DNA of 61,963 nt, the filler included, from Hausera hauseri (Eukaryota), in assembly GCA_046269625.1 (NCBI GenBank). It is 11 parts of 11 records of this genome, joined end to end, with 100 filler letters (N's around TTAATTAATTAA, not from the genome) between each part and the next. Parts side by side here need not be neighbours in the genome. Positions count along the whole stretch, not along the records: positions 49,320 to 54,702 come from JBJURY010265842.1; positions 54,803 to 61,963 come from JBJURY010034113.1; 9 more parts are not named here. One strand, given 5' to 3'. Made by a program: the position numbers and the translations under genes. This document shows positions 49,320-60,630 of the stretch, in pieces. The first letter of the stretch is position 1; the number at the start of each line of letters is the position of its first letter. The notes below the pieces were generated by a model that ran no database searches, was not told where the DNA came from, and saw nothing but the letters and a program-made list of their open reading frames with translations.

Positions 49320-52300
49320 AAGATCCTATAAGACGTGTTTAAGACTGCAATGGGCCTCCAGGAGGAGAAAAGATCTTAGTATTCTTCTTTAACAGACTTG
49401 GGAATTAGTGTGGTTCTAAAAGATTTCCATTGAGTAGGGATGTCTTGGTTGGTCATTATGTGATTGAAGAAGGTTTCTATGGCTGTATAGTTAGGATCTA
49501 GGGCTTTCCACTGGCTGTACTCGATATCGTTTTCCCCGGGACTACTTTTCTTGCAATTATTTAATGTTTTTTCTATTTTATTAGAGGCAATTGGAAGGTA
49601 GGAGAAAGAATCCTCGATACAAGGTACCTTAAGGAAGGAGTAATTCGGGTCCATTATTTTTGGTGTTTGTTGGGTATAATGTTCCTCAACAGCTTTCCTT
49701 GTTGGGAGAGACACAGCCATAGTCGGGTTGGTAATTCTGTTATATACAATTTTAGGTGCCCGTTGGTACTCCAGGCGTAGAAATAGGTCCGACTCTTCTA
49801 TAAGCTTTGTGTTGGTCATGGGTTGTCGTATAGTTCTTTCTGGTGAAGGAAAGAGTTCCTCTTTGGCTCTCGCGGCTTAATTAAGGAAATGTGTTGCACC
49901 GAGGCCTTGGGAATTTAGGTGGATTGGGGCTCTAGCAACCATCGGGTGGGTAGACTTTCCTTCTTTCTTCTTAATTTTCCTATATTCTAAGTATTCATTT
50001 GTTATTACGTGAACATCTTCTCGGATGCTAGTAACATTGCAGTTGGTGAAGAATAGATTGTGATGTTCAGCGTAATATACAGCATAGTGGCAGATGAAGA
50101 ATTCGCTTTCCTCGTAGTTATTTTGGAGTGGATAATCTCTCAGGTAGTAGATGTCCAGCGGTTCGTCTATGGAGAGGTAGGACAGGTGGTACAAGAGGTC
50201 CCTTAGCTTACTAGTAATTAGTTTGTGCTCTTCCGTTATGCTATTAGTTGAGGGGTCGATTAAGAAGCAACAGTGGTCCTTCCTTTCTGCGATAAATAGG
50301 ATCCAAGATATTTTGTTGATGTGAATGGACAATAGTATTATTTGCCAATCAGGAAAGGTACAAAAAGGGAACAGTTGGAAGAAAGATTTCTCATCTGAAT
50401 TTTGTGACGCTTTGGCGGACAAGGGATTTACAAACAGAACATGAGGAAATTTAGCTCATTTGGTTCGAATGTAAAGTTCGATTTTCCAGTCATCTAGTCA
50501 TGCAGTATTTCTATCTGAATGGTTGACTGGTAGATCTATGTTCTGAAAGTTAGAGTAATTTTGTTTTGAGGTGATATCCATGCAAGCTGTATCTCTGTGA
50601 GCCTTAGAGCAGTGCGATGAAGCTGCATTAAGAGAAAATTTCATGTTGCAGGGGATGCAATGGAAAGTTATTTCAGTTACTTCCTTCGAATGTTTTTTAA
50701 TTTTCAGATGTTGGATTGTACCTTTATCGAACCTATTCGATGCTGGTATGTAGGTTGTTTCGTAAGCGCAGTTAGGGAAGTTACACTGTAAGGTAAGAGA
50801 GGTATTGTCATTTCTACCAAGGAGAAACGGGCAGCTAACTCCGGAGGATTCTGAGCTGCTAGGAGATTCTTCTCGCGCTCCTCCTAGTCTAGGAGATTTA
50901 GATGGTGTACTGTGTGAGGTAGGAGAATTCGGGGTAAGGGCAGTGGCGGCTCTTATTTCATTGGAGTCTACTTTAAGGTAGTTTTTTCCAGCGGCGAATT
51001 GGACCATATACCCACAAACGTAGGGTACACAGTCATTGTAGTTACTGAGGGGTTGGTGATCTCTGTTTAGGTAAAGTCCCTTATAGTAGAGATTGGGTAT
51101 GTTGAAAACAGCTTTGAAGACGTCGACGCGGGAGACTAGGAGTTCAGATCCTGCTCGTGAGTATACTGATTGACGATAGGGGTCAAGAAGATATAGGGAT
51201 TCTGTTTTCCTGTTTATGTTACCTAAGAGTCAGTGGCTTTCGTGCCATAGGTATATGAAGATTTGGTCAGCAGTGTTGGTTAACGCAGTATCCTCATCTG
51301 ACATTTTCATGTGGGCTATGGCATCATGGGCGTTCGGGAAAAGTATTTTAAAGAGGGATCAGGATAAATATAGGGAGTTGCATCTAAGAGTGGTCTGATA
51401 GCCCAGTAATCCATTTTGTCGGTGGAGAACCAAATAGTCACATCTGATTTTCTAAGACCTTTTTTGTGCAGTTGTTTGGGTCCTTAGTCATGTTTTGAAG
51501 TGGTGTGTCGCATGATGATTTTACAATATCTAAAAAGGTTTTACGAGGTAGGCAGAAAGATTCGGAAGATTGTTGTGTAGTGTCCGCTAAAGAGGAGTGT
51601 GAAAATAAGCTGTTTGCAGAAGATCCTTGGCTACTTGAGGACGAGATGGTCAGCATGTCATCATCTGTGCTATCGCCTATCCTATTTGTCTGGTTGGAGT
51701 AAGTGGTGACAGGGTTGTCTAATTTAGAAGTATGTGCGACTAGTGTTTGTGTTGGGGCATTGATTGTGGCAATATTAAATTCTATTTTGTTGCTGTTTAC
51801 TTTGGGTGTGATTACCGTAATTTTATCTATGTGTAAATTCATGTTTTATAAATGTTGGTTTTGGGTAGGGTATAGATCCTATGACCGGTGTGCCGACCCG
51901 AGTGTCCCCCTTATTAGGTTTAGACGGTAGGAAGTTGTTTGAAATATTATCGGGAAATTTCGCAGTTTGAAAGGATTTCAGAAGTTTAGCTAGAAACATT
52001 TCGGAAAAGGTGGTAGCATCAGATAGTAGGGTTAGGAAGTTGAGAACGCTCCGACTATCTGAAAGGTATATGATTTTGTGCTTGTCTGGAGCACTATTGT
52101 ACTTTTTTAAGAACCTATTCAGAAAGTCAGCAGCCCTCAGTCTGTTATTTTTAAAGTATACTGATTTATTTATGTAGGTGCTATTGCCTTTGAGAAGAAG
52201 TATCTAAGACCTTTAGCAGTGGGTACATACGTAGAGTGCGTTATGGGTTGTGACGAGGGCATTACCCAGTGGCCAGGTAAAGCGCCAGTTAGGTGTGGTA

Positions 52301-52455
52301 ATCTGTTTAGGTGTCTGCTGTGGCATTAGTGTAGTCCTATTTTTAATTGGAATAGGTTGTAATGTGTGTAAGGCTGCTTTGTTAGGTTGATGTTTTTCGA
52401 GGAGTAGTTCGGTCGAAAGGAAATTGTGGTTCCCACATCCCCCCACGCACAATAG
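49320..52455 (-). mobile_element. NeSL/Utopia-like (R2-group) non-LTR retrotransposon, 5' part, with zinc fingers and two Ulp1 domains; decayed
   Basis: RT start SSPGENDIEYSQWK..IPTQWKSFRTTLIPK..WRPIAVLNTSYRI; Ulp1-like domains at about 51290-51005 and 50422-50060; zinc-finger-like CNFPNC and CIPC..HCSKAH. The endonuclease lies beyond the contig end. Confidence 0.78.
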
Positions 52456-52548
52456 CAGTCAACAGAAGACACCGTTGTATTGAACGGCATATTCGGTCCA
52501 TCCAAAAAATTGCCAAATTGGTAAAAAAATCTGGAAAGACGCAAAGAA

Positions 52549-52875
52549 ATGTATAACAGTAATGTCAAAAATTCAACAATTTTTTTTAATCGTGACGTTC
52601 TAAAGGAATTTGCCAATGATTTGAAAGGAACTCTATCTCAACTTGATGAGCTAGATGATAAAGGAAGAAAATCAAATATATGCAATCGATGCGCAGTATG
52701 TCATAAACGATTAACCATTGCAAATAGTTTTACATACCGGTGCATTTGTAAATATTGTTCATAGCACAGATATCCCGAAGTACATAATTATCCTCTCGAT
52801 TATAAAACTTATGGTCAATTAGAATTATTTAAATCCAATCCACCGATCAGACTTGAAAAGATTACAAAGATTTGA
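52549..52875 (+). pseudogene. AN1-type zinc finger protein (ZFAND5/6-like) C-terminus, disrupted
   Basis: RCAVCHKRL...RCICKYCS*HRYPEVHNYPLDYK...NPPIRLEKITKI*; an internal stop and lost cysteines. Confidence 0.8.
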
Positions 52876-53227
52876 ATTATTTCTTTTTTTGATTCCAATT
52901 TACAATTTTTGCTGTGTACTATTTTATATTGGCGTATTAATTGCATAACATTGATCCCGATTTGACAACATGCTGATCCAGTTTTATATGTAATGTTGTG
53001 TGTTGTTTTAATAGATTAATATATATTGACATATTGAAAATTTTTTGAAATAAATCAATTTTATCCAGCATCTTCAGTTCATTACAGATACTGTTTATAT
53101 TCTTGTTCGTGTTAGAATTTCATCATATCATTAATTGGAATTATTATTTATCGTCTTTGGGATTTTGTCACTTTTATTTCTAACATTTGTCATTATCTAT
53201 CAAAGATACTAAATTAACGGAAATAAT

Positions 53228-54702
53228 ATGACAGATCCAACAAATGGTGTCAGAAGCCCCAACCTGTATACAGTCGTTATACAGTGCGAAAACTTTCAAT
53301 CCTCCATAATTGTCACAGATCCATTTGGTTCGACAGTCCTCTATCAACCAGTTGACCCAGGAGATTCTGGTTGTCTCTTAGTACAAGAACATCAGTTTGA
53401 ATTTGATATTCCATACCTGAATCACGGCGAAACCCAAAAATTATTTTATTTCGCCATCGACGATGCAGTTGATACATTAGAGAATTGCGGCGCTGCTCAC
53501 GCTGATCTGAATGACTCCACAACGCCAAAAGTTAACAATAGTCACAAATTTGAATCGGAAAGTAAATTCGGAATTCCCAATCTTATGAAGCCTCCTATAT
53601 GTGCCGTATGTAAAACAAAGAAAATTTTACCGAAAATGCTATGCTGTGAAATTTGCAAAATAAAGGTACATAAAAGTTGTTTGTACGGAACCAATCAGAT
53701 ACAATGCATTAATTCTCCTACATTAGACAGAAAAAGTTCGGATAATTCAGTTGCAAATGCCTCAACGACTTTTCAGGGCTCCGATTCAAACTCTACTTCA
53801 TCGTGTAATAGTTCCGCTCCTGCTTCACCATTTTATCCCGAAAGCGGCTATAATTCCTCTGTGAATAACCATGTTTCTCCAAGATACCCAAACAAACGTA
53901 TCGGTCAGAACTTTGAATTTTGTGTGATAGATGAAACTGATACAAAACAAACGAAAATTAACGATTCGGAAAATAATGGAGAATGTGATGTCGTTAAAAA
54001 TACTCCATTTGAAAACTCAAAACTACTTTCCCAGCGGTATGAGTCCACTGAAAGTAACGATGATTTTTCTAGATTGAGTCGCACCAATAGCATATCAGTT
54101 GCTCTAAAAGAGTGGGAAATTCCACTAGAAAACCTAGAGCTCGGCGAATTATTGGGGAAAGGTAGTTTTTCGACGGTTTACAAAGGCAAGTGGCACGGTG
54201 AGGTAGCCGTGAAAATAATAAACATAGATCCACAAGACGAATCCGATTCGTGTATGGCTGCCTTCAAAAGCGAAGTCGATGCATTGCATAAAATTCGACA
54301 CGAGAACTTAGTGCTTTTCATGGGGGCATGTATGAAACCACCAAAACTCGCGATTGTCACACAATTGAGTCAGGGTGAATCTTTTTTTCATCAGTTGCAC
54401 ATGAAACACATGACATTGCCCGTTGCTCGGTCGATAAATATCGCCAGTCAAGTTGCCAAAGGTATGGGTTACTTGCATGCCAAGGAAATTCTCCACAAGG
54501 ATTTGAAAAGTCGAAATATTTTCATCGAAAACAACTGTAAAGTGGTGATCAGTGATTTTGGTCTGTTCGATTTCGTACGTATGTGCAAACAAGCCCGATC
54601 TGGTAGTTACTTGAAAATTCCACCGGGTTGGCTGTGCTACTTGTCACCGGAACTCATCCAAGCAGCAACTATGGAACATCTCGTGCTCAATTTTCACATT
54701 TC
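53228..54702 (+). CDS. ksr: Kinase suppressor of Ras (KSR)-like protein, 3' cut by the contig end
   Basis: C1 domain (H..CAVC..CEICKIKVHKSC..C); LKEWEIP, GKWHGEVAVK, RHENLVLFMGACM, HKDLKSRNIF, DFG, GWLCYLSPE. The last motifs are KSR signatures. Confidence 0.88.
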
Positions 54703-54802
54703 NNNNNNNNNNNNNNNNNNNNNNNNNNNNNNNNNNNNNNNNNNNNTTAATTAATTAANNNNNNNNNNNNNNNNNNNNNNNNNNNNNNNNNNNNNNNNNN
54801 NN

Positions 54803-55637
54803 TAGATGGAAATTCGGAGAAACGAGCCGCAGCTTGTACAAAGTTCGAAAAGGACTACTACAAGCTGAAAAACAATTCCCTGTAGGGAAAACCAGTGGAG
54901 AATTTGAAAAAGCGGCTCAATGTGCGCCTGTGTAACTCGAAAAAACGGCTGGTTACGTACACGAGTAAGGCGTAGTTTCGGTAGTCAATGAACATTGCCG
55001 ATGGATTGGTTGCGGTGCCGTTAAACCGGGACGAAGTTGTTCTCAACCGGCCAAGTTATATCGGACAAGTGATATTGGACCTGAGCAAGTTGCGAATGTA
55101 TGAGCTCCAGTATCGCGATTTGGCACGTTACCGGCAAATCTTCGACGGCTGCGAGATCAGTACGTTGCCGCTGACACAGTTTTTTCCCCTAGCTGAAGTA
55201 GTCAATCACGAACAGCTACTGCAGCAAATGCCGTCACATGGATTACTGTACACGTCCAACTATCCACCGGATAATCCCTTGTACAGCAGCGCGATCAGTA
55301 ACAAAATCGGCTGCTTCAAGGATGAAAGAGAAGGCAGGGTTCAGTATAGGGAATGGATATTTCTACGCCCAGTGTTACAGTTTTCTGACGGCCTGTGGAC
55401 CGAAAATGCATGCAAAAGGAGTCCAGGTGAAGCAGACGGAAGTCAACCACGGTAATTATCGCCGTATCTATGAAGGAGGAGAAGCAAAGGCTGTTGTCAC
55501 AAACGATCATCCTATCTATTGAGCACCGGCTGTATACGGTGACCAATACAAAAGTCGCTTTATCATACAATGATGATAAGCGAAAGTGGGTGGGGCGAAA
55601 TAAGAGTTGGGTGTACGGACATTGGCGTTTGGATTAA
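54803..55637 (+). pseudogene. Polinton family-B DNA polymerase C-terminal part
   Basis: NNSL*GKPVENL, LNRPSYIGQVILDLSKLRMY, broken YVAADT(DS), IGCFKDE, AKGV, ALSYNDDKR, YGH. Confidence 0.92.
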
Positions 55638-55811
55638 AACATGCTCACGCATGCATAATTCGATGCAGGCAGACAGATCAAATTACTGTGCCAATTCCTT
55701 GTAATTTATCTATATACATTTGTCTATTTAACTTAATGTGACTATAAACAATATAAAAAAACAAAATCAATAAAATTTACTGATTATCATAAGCTAAAAT
55801 AAAAAACAAAC

Positions 55812-56310
55812 TCAAATCAGCGTAAACTTTCCCAGCTTCCATATTGGGGATTTGACGCAGTTCCTTTCCTTGAATCTTTTGAGCTTCAGTGTCAGGTAGC
55901 CTTTAGCTCCTTCCGGTGGCAAAACTGCTGCTACTGCTGCTGTTGTTTCTCCGCCATGTGAACTGACAATTTTGCCGTATTTCCTTTGAGAAAATCGACG
56001 AGGTGTCTCGGATATCATTAGTCAACACCAAATCACTGTCAACTTTTTTAATTGTGTCTTCCCTCGTATCCAAATCATCGTCGCTCATCTTTTTCACCAA
56101 TAGGCCATATTTCACCGATTTGATTTTGACCGTTTGCGTCAATGGAAATTGAATAGCGTTGCGCAGATAATGTAAGTTGTATCTATTATACAAGCGGGAA
56201 TTTCTAAGCGAATATTCGCTGTAGCATGGCTTTTTTGAGAGACTGTCACCTGCTGAATTGTTTTCCACCAGACATTGTTTAAAGAAGCCAAACGTGAAAT
56301 GAAATTGCAT
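55812..56310 (-). pseudogene. Unknown Polinton protein, paralog of 57944-58252
   Basis: Two overlapping frames; alignable to 57944-58252 (see findings). Confidence 0.5.
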
Positions 56311-56427
56311 CTCTATTTATGTCAAAGGTTTGTTTTCATTGTAAACGACAGACATTTACTTTGTTAGTATTGTCTCATATCAATGATATAAATTACTTCC
56401 ACGTCATGTTCTTTTATTGAAGAAGTC

Positions 56428-56870
56428 ATTCATAATAATTGTGTACAATTTCCATTATAGCATATTTACATTCTGGACATTGGTGGATGACTTTGGTGGA
56501 ACACATTTGACAAACAAGATGGCCGCACATTAAGAATACCGTATCCACATTTCTTTGTTTACACAGTACACAAACTGTCAGTCTCGTACTTTGTCCATTA
56601 TTTTCTGAAGTTCGTTAATTCACTGCGTACCTTTCTAGCAGTATTAAAGTAATTTGTATCGTACAATCGGTGAATGTACATTTGATTTAACACAATAATT
56701 ATATTTTCTATAGAGCTGCAATCTGTTGTCATCAATGCTATTGACGCTAAATCTTTAAATCCAAATTCACCTGCTGCTCTCGCAATCAGCTCACTATCAA
56801 GTATCTGCCACCATCGTACCAAGTCTGAAATTGATAATCCATCAAAATTTTGCAATTGGTACATGATCAC
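56428..56870 (-). pseudogene. IAP-like UBA plus RING protein, one frameshift
   Basis: LDSELIARAAGEFGF...SIENIIIVL, then in a shifted frame CVLCKQRNVDTVFLMCGHLVCQMCSTKVIHQCPECK. Confidence 0.72.
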
Positions 56871-56925
56871 GATACGGACATCTAATATTGTAAGTTACCA
56901 TCGTCAACGAGCTGTTCGATGTTGA

Positions 56926-57286
56926 TTACATCGTCATTTGCAACTCCGGAAACTGCGAATGTAGTTGCGTAAACTTTTGTCCGTTAATTTGGTCTTTAAT
57001 ATAAAATATTGTATCTTCAATGTCAAAACGATCATAAATCTCTTCCATAATGCATGTCGCATAAAACGTTTAATTGCCTTCACACCAATGAAGTCCATGA
57101 TGATGTTGAAAGGGAAATCCATTTGTAATTTTCGCTTTTCCGTCAGGTTTTCTACACAATACCGGACTTGAATATGTTCACAAGCGGTTCGAAAATGTTA
57201 CCGACGTTTATAATGCATAATTCATTTATTATGTACCGTGCATTATCATCTTGGAAAGCTTCAACATCTATAAATCCTGTCGCCAT
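56926..57286 (-). pseudogene. Polinton-associated DnaQ/DEDD-like nuclease-fold protein
   Basis: MATGFIDVEAFQ..YIINELCI (ExoI-like DxE) and HHGLHWCEG, with stops and frameshifts. Confidence 0.5.
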
Positions 57287-57360
57287 TACTTATTTGGTAC
57301 AAAATCATTTTTTGTTTATAAAACAAACAAAACTAACTATTATTATTATTATCGCAATCA

Positions 57361-57832
57361 TTAAACATAGGTGGTTTTGTCCATATTACCAAAGCCAAAT
57401 TCTATGCGTTCATTTCGTGTCGATTCATTGACGCAAAACAATCCCCATTGTTTTGGTGACAATACACTGAATTCCGCCTCTTCACAGAGAAGAAAAACGA
57501 TTTGTGCGATTGCCTTTCGAAGAAGCATACGGTTCTCCGGATTGGTTTTCCAGCAACACCTTATTTTCACCACCAAAATCTGAATCAATGACACCGCCGC
57601 CACCCAGAACCGTCAGTCCGAGCTTTGTCAGTCCGCTTTTCGATAAAAGTTGACCGTAGTAACCGGGTGGAATCGCCAATCGAATTGGAGTCGTTATGCA
57701 TTTGATTGTGCTGTCCGGAATTGTCATATTGACATTGGAAAACACATTGTAGCCTGCACTGTTTGCTGTAACACGTCTCGGTACAAAGGCATTGTCTTCT
57801 GTTAAGATAATATTTACATCATTCATTATCAT
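57361..57832 (-). pseudogene. dut: dUTPase (trimeric), frameshifted
   Basis: SAGYNV, YYGQLLSKSGL, GVIDSDFGGE, IAQIV and a C-terminal R...FGFG. Confidence 0.92.
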
Positions 57833-57943
57833 TATTCTTATGCCTATATTAAAATTACGTATATTTATAATCGTTAATTGGGTTAATGAAAAACGAAGAA
57901 GAACGGTAAAACAAAATTTGTTGATAATTAAAATGTGCTTCAG

Positions 57944-58252
57944 CTACACGCCTAATCGGCTTTTGATACCGGCTTTTTCTTTGTATCCTTGCAATTCAAT
58001 GTTAAGTCGACACTTGAAACCACCACCATCATTACCATCGGGTACATGAGACATTTCGCGACCGATAAAATCAAACAATTTCGTTTTCTGCGCCGGTAAA
58101 TCGACAGATCGCTGTTGCACGGTCGTTTCGTTTAACTTTAAATCCACTTTTAGTTGATGCAGAACATCAGAAAGTTTATCCAAATTTTCACCTGAAAGCC
58201 GTTTTACACGATAGCTGTACTTGGGTGCACATAGAGACACGGGATAATTCAA
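57944..58252 (-). CDS. Unknown Polinton protein, paralog of 55812-56310
   Basis: Open frame of 102 aa with internal paralogy. Confidence 0.5.
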   Translation of the reverse strand: MNYPVSLCAPKYSYRVKRLSGENLDKLSDVLHQLKVDLKLNETTVQQRSVDLPAQKTKLFDFIGREMSHVPDGNDGGGFKCRLNIELQGYKEKAGIKSRLGV

Positions 58253-58376
58253 TGAAATCAGTACGGGCGTTTGCAGAAAATGTATTTCGTACTTGCGAAA
58301 AATTCGTTTCGGTTAAAATGTCTGTTTGGCACGACGGTTTTGATTTTTGTTTACGTATTCATTTTTAATGTTTGTT

Positions 58377-58409
<33 letters not shown>

Positions 58410-58649
58410 ATGATTTCTGAGCAAGTTCCTTTTTTGTTTCCAGACAGCCACCCTGCAGCCAATCGCCAGGTATTTCTAATTGTTGGACAGGTTCTGTTCT
58501 TTTTGTAGCCAAACAACCACGATCTATCTGAACTTTCATCATTCTCACAACCATCATCATTGAGTAGAATCGTTTCGTCGTCGTCTTCCATGGCAATAAT
58601 GTCTGAATGAGCATAGGAATGGTATATATAGTTTGTTGTGCAATGTACA

Positions 58650-59081
58650 TTATTTTGATTCACTAGAACTTTTGTGGTTTTTAATTTGATTAATAATCGG
58701 TTCATAGTTCACTGTCCGAATACCGAGAACAAGAATTTTACAACTGCTAAACACATTGACACAAAGTGGGCGAAACCATGTAAGTCTCAGTGCAGGAAAC
58801 AGTTCGGGTTCATACGTACATTCGGTGGCCATGGCTAATTTGACAGATTTATTGTTTGGTAGTCTAACTGAGTCGTTATCGTTATTGATCGAATTTGATT
58901 AATGACAATTCCGAATGGTAGTAGTTTATCAGTTGGTATTGGTTTGCGACAACCCATAATATGACACTTTCCCGATTGAAATACGATGTATGTAAAATCC
59001 GGTGGACACTTGAATACATAGTGCCTCGACTTCCATTGATAAAAAGGTAACATGTCCGCGATAGTTGATATTAGCTAACAT
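58650..59081 (-). pseudogene. TATA-binding protein (TBP)-like gene, two frameshifts
   Basis: Repeat 1 FTYIVFQSGKCHIMG; repeat 2 INLS(KLA)MATECTYEPELFPAL...VNVFSSCKILVLG. Compare TBP LIFSSGKMVCTG and SYEPELFPGL...LIFVSGKVVLTG. Confidence 0.85.
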
Positions 59082-59142
59082 TATGGAAACAGTTTTTTTA
59101 CTATAGCTATTGATATGCGTGTAACACGATTATAAACAAATC

Positions 59143-59798
59143 ATGTGAGGAAAAATAATGCAATTTTCCAGATTGTAGGCCCAGTGGAAGTGGCAAAACA
59201 CTGTGTAAACTATTGCAGAACTACCGTGACATGTTCTATTCACTGCGGTACAATCACATACTGGCATCAAGGTGTTGGTGATGATGGTGAGTCCGGTTTG
59301 ACACATCGGGAATTTTGAAAACTGAAATTAATGGTAATGGATGGGTTTGATGAGAACTGGTCAGAGATATTACGCAACGGTTACGTTATTGTCATTGACG
59401 ATTTATTTCAGGAAGCCACGAAACAATCGGGTTTCAACAACCTGTTTACGAAGATTGCAGGACGCCGTGGTGTGACGGTTATTTTCATTACGCAAAACAT
59501 GTTCCATCAGAGCGGACAGCATCGAACAAGAAATATAAACGTACATTATTTGGTGTTCAAAAATCCCCATGATCAGGCTATCATTGATTATGTTGCACTA
59601 CAAGCATTTCCTCACAACCGAGCGTTCTTGATAAATGCATATTATGATGCTACGACCAAACCACACGGATACTTGTTCATCGACTTTACGCAACAGTGTC
59701 CCGATGACATGCGTGTACGAACAGACATTTTCAATCAGAAAGGTGGTGTGTGTCTAAACAAATTCGAAAATCGACGACATAATTATGATAAAAAGTGA
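59143..59798 (+). pseudogene. Polinton packaging ATPase (A32/FtsK-like)
   Basis: Frameshifted Walker A IVGP(S)GSGKT at about 59175; Walker B VIVIDDL; IFITQNMF, FKNPHD, HGYLFIDF, RVRTDIF. Confidence 0.92.
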
Positions 59799-59958
59799 AG
59801 AATTTTTGAAAAACAATTGTTAAACGTAAACGTACCAAGCGGGTGTCGGGAAAGAAACGTGTAACGAAACGAATCACCGCTACAGTCAAGTGATTAATCA
59901 ATTCTGTGCTACGAACAACAAAAGCAGCAGTTGCAACTAGAAGCAAATTACCGTCACA

Positions 59959-60346
59959 ATGGCAACGTTTATAAAGAATTACGTCTCATCAGCATCAACA
60001 CGTCCAAAAATTGCAATTCAAACGTAGTCAGCCGTACTTTATTGCTTTGTTCAAAGCACCTACGGGACATAAGCGAAACATGCTGCGATCATTCCCACAA
60101 TTTGTATTAGACGATTTGATGGAAATTTTGCATAATATCGTTGTGGGTCACGCTGACACTGGTAGTGGAAAGCGGAATTTACTAAAGTATCGAAAACGAC
60201 TTATTGGCCTTACCAACGCTCGTAGTAAATGATTGAAACGAGAGCTCATGTACCAGCAAGACGGAGGATTCCTTGGTGCAGGTCTACCGGTTTTCACGTC
60301 ATTACTGGGTGGACTCATTGGTTCTGCAGCACAGTATAAACAATGA
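59959..60346 (+). pseudogene. Polinton/adintovirus small virion protein with a GG cleavage-type motif and amphipathic tail
   Basis: EILHNIVVG...KYRKRL...*LKRELMYQQDGGFLGAGLPVFTSLLGGLIG. Confidence 0.7.
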
Positions 60347-60478
60347 CGGTATGTATATGATGATTCGGCAATATGGGTGCATGGTTTTCCCCTTTCTGTA
60401 CCAGTTTACCGAATCTTTCATTTAAGCTTTGTTCTAATTGCTGTAATGCTAACAAAAACTACATCATCGACGACAACG

Positions 60479-60630
60479 ATGGACGACGTGTGGTTTGACC
60501 CGCATCATTCCCTCGGATTTACTGTCGTCGACAAACACATTCTTGTCCTGTGACACTTACAAACAGTAAAATAACAGTTGGAGAATCGACCATTTGCACG
60601 ACCGAAGCAAGTTACGGTTTACACGGCAAA
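60479..60630 (+). pseudogene. Possible N-terminal remnant of the Polinton integrase
   Basis: MDDVWFDPHHSLGFTVVDK resembles the YxDPxxPxGF start of Polinton integrases. No DDE core is present. Confidence 0.35.

Noticed and set aside
860-51240. Alternative genetic code (TGA read as Trp), suggested by TGA at conserved Trp positions in the Nav and Ulp1 sequences
   Set aside because: TAA/TAG stops and frameshifts are just as common, and the intact ORFs use TGG. Ordinary decay explains it.
52020-52140. RNase H-like motif (KIIYLSDSRSVL, minus strand) in the NeSL-like element
   Set aside because: Only one short motif; the other catalytic residues cannot be identified.
49320-52455. Functional link between the NeSL/Utopia-like element and the U2 array
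   Set aside because: They are on different contigs, and no U2 or spliced-leader sequence is visible at the element's available boundary.
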